A DNA stretch of 64,000 nucleotides from a virus: positions 13,986 through 77,985 of the IMG/VR virus record IMGVR_UViG_3300034095_001503. One strand, 5' to 3'. A model generated the notes under the pieces. The model was not told the DNA's origin, ran no database searches, and was given only the letters and a program-made list of their open reading frames with translations. This document shows, one piece after another, positions 57,183-64,000 of this stretch. The number at the start of each line of letters is the position of its first letter. Positions within the stretch are counted from its first letter, which is position 1. Both the position numbers and the translations under genes were made by a program.

Positions 57183-58195
57183 TATTTTATATCTTTAATT
57201 TTAATTGTTTTTATAACATTTCTTTTTTTACCATATGCCTCTACCATTGCTTTTGTTAAAACAACCCTTTCATTCATTGGTTGTTCTGGTGATTTTGGTT
57301 GTTTAGCCAAATCTTTTAATCCAGAAACCAAATCGGTTAAACCATTTCTAGGTACGCCAATAAGTTCAGCAAATGCTGCGATAACTTCTCTCTGAGCTAC
57401 TGGAGTTTTGATTGTAGCGATAACATTTGGAAGTTTTGATTTAATCATATCCATAAGTTTTTTGGCTTTTGCATTCATTTCCTCATCAGATTCTTCACCA
57501 GTTGGTGTTATTTCATTCAATGATTCAGATTTTCTTTTCTTAGAACCAAACATCTTATCATTCATATGTTTTTTAAACTCACTAACACCCATATAATCTT
57601 CTTCCTCTGACTTACCGCTAGATAACATTTCTTTAATACTACCAAAACTTCTAACTTCATTCGTACCTCTTTTAACTAAAAAATGTTTACGACCTTCATA
57701 TGTGTCTTCTTTAGCTTCTTCCATTGCTTTTGATTCCTCCATAGCTTTAGCTTCTTCCTCTTCAATTTTTTGTTTTGCTGGTAAAGCTATTTTTTGTTCA
57801 AATTCTTCAATTGTATGTATACGATTACATCCATTATCATCAGTTTCATCATGTGCAAAAACAGCCATAACAATTTGGTTATCATTAGCTAAACCTCTAA
57901 TCATTTGATATTTTTGAGCACCAATAGTAAAAGGTTGTGATATCTCACCAGTTTTATTATCAATAACGTTTGATAAATATTTTATTGTTGCATTATCTTG
58001 AGGTGCAATAACTGCCTCTGGTTCCAATACGTTTAATTCCTCATCAACTACATTAACATTAACATCTTTACCTAACTTTTTCAAATCATTAGCGACTGAA
58101 GCTAAATCTTTTTTTTGAACATTAACGGTTGTTTTTGAATTTGAAGATGAACTATTATTAAACATAGTTTCTTGTATATTATTTTTCTTTTTCAT
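57182..58195 (-). CDS. Hypothetical protein, probable head-internal
   Basis: 337 aa; IQE, LNE, MNE and MVE sites separate modules. Confidence 0.7.
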   Translation of the reverse strand: MKKKNNIQETMFNNSSSSNSKTTVNVQKKDLASVANDLKKLGKDVNVNVVDEELNVLEPEAVIAPQDNATIKYLSNVIDNKTGEISQPFTIGAQKYQMIRGLANDNQIVMAVFAHDETDDNGCNRIHTIEEFEQKIALPAKQKIEEEEAKAMEESKAMEEAKEDTYEGRKHFLVKRGTNEVRSFGSIKEMLSSGKSEEEDYMGVSEFKKHMNDKMFGSKKRKSESLNEITPTGEESDEEMNAKAKKLMDMIKSKLPNVIATIKTPVAQREVIAAFAELIGVPRNGLTDLVSGLKDLAKQPKSPEQPMNERVVLTKAMVEAYGKKRNVIKTIKIKDIK

Positions 58196-58592
58196 GTGTT
58201 TGTTTTTTATATTGTAATATTAGGTCTTTTTCGTATAGTTTGGATTCAACTGATTCAGCATCCTCACCAAATTTAAAACAAAGTCTTTTCTCTGGGTAAG
58301 CATCATAAGCATTTATGTTTTCCCAAGCCAAAGCTATAACATCATCAATTGCATCCCAAACAGCAAACGTATCACTATCTTGAATAACATCTAAGTTTAG
58401 TTCAGATTCTAATCTACCAACTTTTTTAATGTAATGGTCATGTGGTGCAGATGGTCTTCCAGATGCTGGAAAAGTATCCCAATCATCACCATCAATACCT
58501 TTGGTAGTATCAGAAAAGATAAATTCATAAATGAAATTACCTTTGTAATCTTTACCAACTCTATTTACATATATTAAAAAAAGTTCTTTCAT
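58179..58592 (-). CDS. Hypothetical protein
   Basis: 137 aa; overlaps both neighbours. Confidence 0.75.
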   Translation of the reverse strand: MKELFLIYVNRVGKDYKGNFIYEFIFSDTTKGIDGDDWDTFPASGRPSAPHDHYIKKVGRLESELNLDVIQDSDTFAVWDAIDDVIALAWENINAYDAYPEKRLCFKFGEDAESVESKLYEKDLILQYKKQTHEKEK

Positions 58593-60475
58593 TATTTACT
58601 TTCCCAAACTATACGACCTTCGTTATCTTCTATCCTTAATCTAGAGTTAGGGTATTTTCTCTTCATATCTTCGTAATGAGCTGGTATTGCATCTTTAATT
58701 TCGATACTGATATCTTGACCAACTACTCTATTGTTATCAATAGCAATTATTGACCAAGGACCATGTTGAGAACCACCTCTAACACCTTTCATAATATTAT
58801 TCCAAACACCTTCATTAATTGCTTTTGGGTCTGGTGTAACCGCTGGCATTGGTAAAAAAGGTTTATTTTTTCTACTTGGTGCTATATTAGGTTGCACTTT
58901 ATCTGGAGAAGGAACCACTTTTGGTTTAGTTTGCGGTTGAATCATTGGTTCAGTATCATGATTAAAAGTTTCTTGTATTTTCATAATTAAATAGTTTTTA
59001 TCAAAGGTACTATTTTTTTCATTAAAAACCAAATTTTCACCAACAATTTTAGAAACTGGTTTTGATGACCACATTTTACATGACCAATATTTAGGTGTTG
59101 TTCTATCTTTTGCTTGAGAACATTTATGTCTTGCTCTGAAAGATTTTTTATTTTTTGGATTATCTCTTTTGATTTCCATATTAGCATCACCAAAATTAAC
59201 CTTTACAACGTTTCCTTTTTTGTTTTTAACATAAACTTTGAATTTCTTGTTTTTAACATCACCAGAACTTGGTTTACCCAATTTAACTTCTTTACCATGA
59301 TATTCAGCTTCATTCATATTTACGTTTTCAACAGAACCGTATTCATCTTCATAACCACCTTCAGTTTCACCATCATAGTCTAAACTATCATCATATTCCA
59401 TAGTTGCTTCTAAGAAGTGATATACCTCTTCTACATCATCAGCAGAAGTTGCTAGATGGTCAACAGCCCATGCGTGTCCATTAGCTATCAATGTATCAAC
59501 ATTGTTATAATCCATTTTTAGAATTTCAGTTGCGGCATGTGCTATAGTTTTAAGATTTTGCCAAAACATATAATTGTTTGATGAAGCGTTAGGTAATGTA
59601 GACACTGTATTATCAATACCCATCTCATTTGAATGTGATAAAAAGTCCATGGCTAAATTTCCATCACCTTTACCCAAAGCAGCAGCCGCAGCATTGTTAT
59701 AAGTTGATTTATTTAATTCATCAATTCCTTCTTCTTTGGTTAATTTATCCCATTGTTTTTTATCTGGATAACCTTTATCACCTGGTTGTGCTGCTGGTCT
59801 ACCTTCATCATTCTTTTTAGCAATATTACCCCATAAACTTTCTTCTAAAGTTTCTTCATCATGTTTGAATTCAGCTTCTTTGCTACCTTTTGGTGCAAAT
59901 AAACTACTTCTTTTTATTTGGTCTTTATCCAATATGAAAGCACCTTCTTGTAAACCTTCTTCATCAGAATTTTCAAGGTCACCCATATCACCACCAAACT
60001 CATCACCAGACTCGTCAGAATCACCAGAATCATTGTTGCTATCATCTTCATTATCTTCACCATCATCACCAGATGTATTAACTTTTTTGATTATATCTTT
60101 TCTGTCTTCTTCATCCATTTCAGCAGTATGAGTTGCTGACAATAAAGAGTTTATAGCAAATTTTTCCAAATCAAAATCTGGTTGACCTTGTTCGTCAGTG
60201 TATGCTCTAAGAGACTCACCTAATTTACCAGTAAGTTGTTGTATGAATTTTTTAGGGTCAGTTTCTTCGTCAGCTTCTACACCAGCATCAAATGGTTCGT
60301 CTTTAAATGGTTTATTGTCATTCTCTGGTGCTGGTTCTTCACCCCCAAAATCACCGAAACCAGCGTCATCGGCTGGTTCGGATATAGGTTCCGCTGGAGC
60401 TGGTGCTGGAGCCGCTTTGGCTGGTGCATCAATCTTCAACTTATATTTTATTTCGTTTATTTTTTCGTTGCTACT
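58592..60475 (-). CDS. Multi-module head-internal protein; probably the -1 frameshift extension of 60457..61455
   Basis: No nearby ATG start; the frame opens just upstream of the A10 run. Contains a KVNFG...SFRARHKC...YWSC module and many xxE sites. Confidence 0.7.
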   Translation of the reverse strand, partial: SSNEKINEIKYKLKIDAPAKAAPAPAPAEPISEPADDAGFGDFGGEEPAPENDNKPFKDEPFDAGVEADEETDPKKFIQQLTGKLGESLRAYTDEQGQPDFDLEKFAINSLLSATHTAEMDEEDRKDIIKKVNTSGDDGEDNEDDSNNDSGDSDESGDEFGGDMGDLENSDEEGLQEGAFILDKDQIKRSSLFAPKGSKEAEFKHDEETLEESLWGNIAKKNDEGRPAAQPGDKGYPDKKQWDKLTKEEGIDELNKSTYNNAAAAALGKGDGNLAMDFLSHSNEMGIDNTVSTLPNASSNNYMFWQNLKTIAHAATEILKMDYNNVDTLIANGHAWAVDHLATSADDVEEVYHFLEATMEYDDSLDYDGETEGGYEDEYGSVENVNMNEAEYHGKEVKLGKPSSGDVKNKKFKVYVKNKKGNVVKVNFGDANMEIKRDNPKNKKSFRARHKCSQAKDRTTPKYWSCKMWSSKPVSKIVGENLVFNEKNSTFDKNYLIMKIQETFNHDTEPMIQPQTKPKVVPSPDKVQPNIAPSRKNKPFLPMPAVTPDPKAINEGVWNNIMKGVRGGSQHGPWSIIAIDNNRVVGQDISIEIKDAIPAHYEDMKRKYPNSRLRIEDNEGRIVWESK

Positions 60476-61455
60476 TTTTTTTTTACAGTACCTTCAGATA
60501 ATGAAGTAATCATTTTGTCTAATCTTTTGATACTTTCTTCCATAGAATTTAAAATAGGAAAATCACCACCATCAATTTCACCATTATGATTAGCATCTAT
60601 TTTGTATTGTTTACCACTTAATTCTTCATTCATTTGTGTTAAAATAGATGCAATTTTACCTAAATCAGTAATAGTTCCACCTTCATAAGCCAATGATACC
60701 ATTGAAATATTCTCTGGAGTTACTTCCATACCTCTTTCAACTAATTTAGATTTAAGATATTCAACAAGGTCAAATTCATCATGACTTATTTCATTGTTAG
60801 CACCATCTTCTCTAGCCATCATTTCTTCAATAGCTTGTTCAAATTCATTCAAACCTTCTTCAACATCATCACCCATCATACCTTCATTTTTTTCAAAAGT
60901 TTCTGGGTTTCTGCCTTGTTTGTTAGCAGTAGCGTAGTAAGCACTTTCACCATCATCACCATATTGTTTCTCAAACTTGTTTATAATTTCTTTGTTTTCT
61001 TCAAAATTGTTTTCACCAGAAAAACCATTTCCTTCCATTTGAGAGAAACCACCAGCTCTAGCGTTTTCAGATAATAAATTATCATCTTCGAATACGTTGA
61101 TATCACCACCTTTATTAAAAGCTTCAGCCAAAGATTTAAACTTAAAGTTTAATTGTTTGATTGCTCTTGCATAAGTAGGGTAAGATTCATCTTTTTTATT
61201 TTGTAAACCACCAATATATTTGAAATCTTCCAAAACCAAACCAGATTTTTTATCTGTTCTTTTGATATAATATTCATGATTTTCTCTAACAATAGCATAT
61301 GCGTTATCATCTGGTCCAATCTTAGTTAATTCAACAGCTGAATTTGTTTTGTTTTCATTTTCATTTATAGGTTTGATACCCATAAGAGATAATTGACGTT
61401 CAAGGATTTGATTTCCTTTAAGACCAACTGGACTAATTATTTGTTTATTTTTCAT
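60457..61455 (-). CDS. Hypothetical head-internal protein (short form)
   Basis: 332 aa; INE, LSE, LNE and MNE sites; EF-hand-like IDANHNGEIDGGDF. Confidence 0.8.
   Translation of the reverse strand: MKNKQIISPVGLKGNQILERQLSLMGIKPINENENKTNSAVELTKIGPDDNAYAIVRENHEYYIKRTDKKSGLVLEDFKYIGGLQNKKDESYPTYARAIKQLNFKFKSLAEAFNKGGDINVFEDDNLLSENARAGGFSQMEGNGFSGENNFEENKEIINKFEKQYGDDGESAYYATANKQGRNPETFEKNEGMMGDDVEEGLNEFEQAIEEMMAREDGANNEISHDEFDLVEYLKSKLVERGMEVTPENISMVSLAYEGGTITDLGKIASILTQMNEELSGKQYKIDANHNGEIDGGDFPILNSMEESIKRLDKMITSLSEGTVKKKVATKK
60475..60484 (-). promoter_or_regulatory. A10 slippery site (putative -1 ribosomal frameshift or transcriptional slippage)
   Basis: GTA AAA AAA AAA GTA in frame 0, five codons before TAA; the -1 frame reads KKKSSNEKINEIKYKLKIDAP into the 615-aa ORF. 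Confidence 0.65.
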
Positions 61456-61480
61456 ATTTTTTTATTGGTATTTTAATTTA

Positions 61481-61723
61481 TTATAATTGTGAGCTACCTA
61501 GATAAACATCTACGTTTTCACCTAATAGATAGCATCCAGTACCACCACTAACAGTTCTAATTGCTATTCCTAAATTAGATGTTGCCGCTACACTTACAGT
61601 AACACCGTTAATTACGATTGTGCAACCAGCTGTACCACCATATATTTCAGTATATGTGTGTGCTGTCATATTAGGACTTTGAGCTGGTACTATTAAACTA
61701 TGTATATCACTTATTCTTGGCAT
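61481..61723 (-). CDS. Small beta-rich late protein
   Basis: 80 aa; late motif at 61741-61748. Confidence 0.7.
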   Translation of the reverse strand: MPRISDIHSLIVPAQSPNMTAHTYTEIYGGTAGCTIVINGVTVSVAATSNLGIAIRTVSGGTGCYLLGENVDVYLGSSQL

Positions 61724-61756
61724 AATTAATTTCTTTTATTATAAATATTATCAAAA

Positions 61757-61783
61757 ACAAAAAAAGCATCAAAAGATGCTTTT
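61757..61783 (-). terminator. Intrinsic terminator
   Basis: Minus strand AAAAGCATC-TTTT-GATGCTTTTTTTGTTTTT. Confidence 0.75.
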
Positions 61784-61799
61784 ATTTAGATTTTAAATA

Positions 61800-61883
61800 T
61801 TATTTATCACCATTTATTAATAAAGTGATTTCATATATTGATGGTGCACCTACTGCTCCAAATTCTTCAAATATTTCTTTCAT
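61800..61883 (-). CDS. Possible 27-aa peptide
   Basis: MKEIFEEFGAVGAPSIYEITLLINGDK*, with an A-rich leader, between thyA and the terminator. Confidence 0.35.
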   Translation of the reverse strand: MKEIFEEFGAVGAPSIYEITLLINGDK

Positions 61884-61912
61884 TTTCTTATTTTTTATAT
61901 TTTACGTTATTT

Positions 61913-63409
61913 TTAATTTGATAATTGTGCTTTTATAGTTGAGTGTGATTGATAATTTTCCACCATAAAATCAGATATATCTAAATGATTTAATAAACTC
62001 AAATCATCACCTAATTCTCTAAAGAATCCAGAAGATTTATTGAAACCTAATTTAGGTAAGTCAAATGGTTCTCTAGTTCGTGTTGGAATACCAAACTCAT
62101 CACATACCTTTGTAAATTCAGAATCACTCATCCCTTCTTGTATTTTAGTTAAATCCAAACTAGGGTTCTCATAACACATACAAACTCGCTCATCAACTTC
62201 TAAGTATCTACCAATTTGTTCCAATGCTTGGTCAACGTGATTTGAATACAAGTGAACATCACCCAAGTTACCAATCAATTCATCTGGAACCATATTAACC
62301 ATTTTACCAACAATCTCAAGTAATAAACCATAAGAAGCAATATTAAATGGTAAACCTAAGAATGTGTCTACACTTCGTTGATTCCACATTAATGAGATTG
62401 CTCTACGTGGAATATTAAATTTATCTAAAAAATCGTGTGATGGTAATGCCATTCTATCCCACGGAAATTGTTTATCTTTTGGATGATAATTATAACGGAT
62501 ACGCCATCTTTCTTCTTGACTCAACTCTCTTGTATAAACTTGAAATCCATAATGACAAGGGGGAAGTGTCATTGAATCCAATTCTCCAACATTCCAAGCA
62601 TTTACCATTAATCGTCTTGAGTCTGGATTTGTTTTAATGTCGTTGATTAGGTTTTGGATTTGGTCTATACCACCAACATATTTGTCAAACTTATCATCAA
62701 TTACTTTAGCAACTTGAATTGGACAAAAAGATTTTTCATTGTAACCAAGTGTTATATTTTTATAGTAAACTTTTTTACCTTCATCCTCATCACTGTAAAG
62801 AGATTGGTCAGAATCTTGTATTGGAGTTATTAACCACTCAGTACCATTAGCAAATGAATGTAAATCGCTCCATTTAACAGCCCAACCATTATCAGTTTTG
62901 TGTAAAAAACCTCTTTGTTTAACATCTTTCCATCCACCCCAATTTCTCCATTGCTTACCATAAATTGGACCTAACTCACCCCACTTTTTAGCAAACGCAT
63001 CATTTGTTTTGATATAGTTAACGAATTCTTCTTTTGAATATGTTTCAAACTCATACTCATTAGTTTCGTGATTATAATATGAACTACCATATTCTATTTT
63101 AGCTATCTCACCTAATTCCCAATATCGTTTACAATATGATTGGTAAGCATCACCATCCCAAATATGACAATCATTATCAACAAGGAATTTAATGTTTGTA
63201 TCACCTCTTAAAAACCAAATTAACTCGGTTATAATACCTTTCATATACATCTTCTTTGTGGTCAGAAGTGGAAAACCATCACTCATTTTATGACGAATTT
63301 GTCTCCCAAAGACAGAAATGGTACCCGTTCCAGTTCTATCACCTTTGCGAGTACCATTTTCTAAAATGTCTTTTAATAAATCTTGATAAGTTTTATCTAA
63401 ATTATTCAT
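61913..63409 (-). CDS. thyA: Thymidylate synthase with large insertions
   Basis: DRTGTGT, FPLLTTK, ELIWFLRG, GPIYGKQWR, DSRR, LPPCH, QRSVD.FLG.PFNIASY, GDVHLYSNH. Confidence 0.97.
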   Translation of the reverse strand: MNNLDKTYQDLLKDILENGTRKGDRTGTGTISVFGRQIRHKMSDGFPLLTTKKMYMKGIITELIWFLRGDTNIKFLVDNDCHIWDGDAYQSYCKRYWELGEIAKIEYGSSYYNHETNEYEFETYSKEEFVNYIKTNDAFAKKWGELGPIYGKQWRNWGGWKDVKQRGFLHKTDNGWAVKWSDLHSFANGTEWLITPIQDSDQSLYSDEDEGKKVYYKNITLGYNEKSFCPIQVAKVIDDKFDKYVGGIDQIQNLINDIKTNPDSRRLMVNAWNVGELDSMTLPPCHYGFQVYTRELSQEERWRIRYNYHPKDKQFPWDRMALPSHDFLDKFNIPRRAISLMWNQRSVDTFLGLPFNIASYGLLLEIVGKMVNMVPDELIGNLGDVHLYSNHVDQALEQIGRYLEVDERVCMCYENPSLDLTKIQEGMSDSEFTKVCDEFGIPTRTREPFDLPKLGFNKSSGFFRELGDDLSLLNHLDISDFMVENYQSHSTIKAQLSN

Positions 63410-63869
63410 TTACAATTTCTGGTTTTTTAGTTGTTACTTTTTCGAATGTTGAAATCTTCCCTTTCAATCCAGTCAATGAACCAGCTGTTACGTTTCCGTT
63501 TTTAAGATAGTTACTGATGATATCACTCATAGTTTGTAACATTTCTTTTGTTGCAGCATCTGGTGTGATATCAGATTCAGTTTCAACTTTCAATTCTTCA
63601 ACTTCTTTTAAAATTTCAGTTGTATCAACATTATCCAATTTACTGCTAGTATATTTTTTAATGTTGGTATTCAATACAGAACCTTGACTATCAGCAGTTT
63701 CAAAACGCATGTAATCAGTTTTTGAAACATCAATATATTTGTACTGACCACCATGGTTGAAAATAACTGATAATTCATTTGTAATGTTGTTGTACACTGA
63801 AGCACAAATGTTTGATGAAGAATAAATCGCCTTGATTACACCATCTTTTTCTTTTCTTTTTAAAATCAT
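63402..63869 (-). CDS. KTSC domain protein
   Basis: SSNI....Y....L.V.F..G..Y.Y..V....Y..F..ADSQG. Confidence 0.8.
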   Translation of the reverse strand: MILKRKEKDGVIKAIYSSSNICASVYNNITNELSVIFNHGGQYKYIDVSKTDYMRFETADSQGSVLNTNIKKYTSSKLDNVDTTEILKEVEELKVETESDITPDAATKEMLQTMSDIISNYLKNGNVTAGSLTGLKGKISTFEKVTTKKPEIVNE

Positions 63870-63890
63870 TTTTCTTTTTTTTTATTTATG

Positions 63891-64000
63891 TTATTGTAAT
63901 TTACTATATGTTTTATAAGCACTTATTTCACTTAAATGAAATATTTCACCAACTTTGTTAACGTGTTCCAGTGTTTCACCATATCGTTTAGTTGTTATCA
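63891..64000 (-). CDS. 3' end of a gene entering from beyond the window
   Basis: Open frame ...ITTKRYGETLEHVNKVGEIFHLSEISAYKTYSKLQ*. Confidence 0.55.
   Translation of the reverse strand, partial: ITTKRYGETLEHVNKVGEIFHLSEISAYKTYSKLQ

Noticed and set aside
54013-63409. Inteins or group I introns in terL or thyA
   Set aside because: TerL is normal length; ThyA inserts are in frame and lack C/S...HN intein ends or homing-endonuclease motifs.
61913-63409. ThyA homologue as a dCMP hydroxymethylase supplying a base for DNA glycosylation
   Set aside because: It retains Asn in PFNIASY and all canonical ThyA motifs, consistent with ordinary dTMP synthesis. A modifying enzyme elsewhere in the genome cannot be excluded.
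4003-63510. Numerous short antisense or nested ORFs (e.g. 6982..7473, 48080..48454, 51797..52168, 59865..60131)
   Set aside because: They lie opposite or within well-supported genes, have Ser/Pro/Phe-rich mirror composition and lack leaders.
1-64000. tRNA or rRNA genes
   Set aside because: Intergenic gaps are short and AT-rich and no cloverleaf or T-loop consensus was seen by eye; tRNAscan-SE would confirm.

Overview
This 64 kb, very AT-rich window comes from a large T4-like (myovirus, probably jumbo) dsDNA phage genome read in the standard genetic code. Promoter shape (TAnnTTTG), A-rich leaders lacking Shine-Dalgarno sequences and a Gln at +1 after a signal peptide point to a Bacteroidota host (inference). 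Left to right it holds five blocks. (1) 1-15 kb: a fibre/appendage region with a 17-aa-repeat beta-solenoid, a frameshifted hendecad coiled-coil fibre, an SHAEG-repeat fibre and an S74-chaperone fibre, plus an embedded J-domain and a DUF2827-like gene. (2) 15-17.8 kb: a late operon of probable head-internal proteins, including a stand-alone WYL-like protein. (3) 17.9-36.6 kb: a ~19 kb glycan-biosynthesis island (about ten glycosyltransferase-like genes, WavE-like, O-methyltransferase, HAD-nucleotidyltransferase fusion, GDPD-like, SGNH-like, WecB) interleaved with dUTPase, an HD protein and PhoH. (4) 36.6-45.7 kb: a gp55-like sigma factor, a baseplate spike module and accessory genes (structured-leader Zn-ribbon gene, secreted nuclease, HNH, GNAT-like). 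(5) 45.7-64 kb, minus strand: major capsid, scaffold, prohead protease, portal, TerL, internal proteins, a ThyA with insertions and a KTSC protein. The most notable observations are a probable programmed -1 slip on an A10 run fusing two head-protein ORFs, a membrane-protein-free glycan island (candidate virion glycan shield), protease-tagged cargo proteins (WYL, GNAT), promoter-embedded hairpins that would bury start regions only in read-through mRNA, an mRNA whose 5' and 3' ends pair, and a late-promoter motif ATATTTAT that resembles the reverse complement of T4's. All family assignments are from motif recognition by eye; no searches were run.
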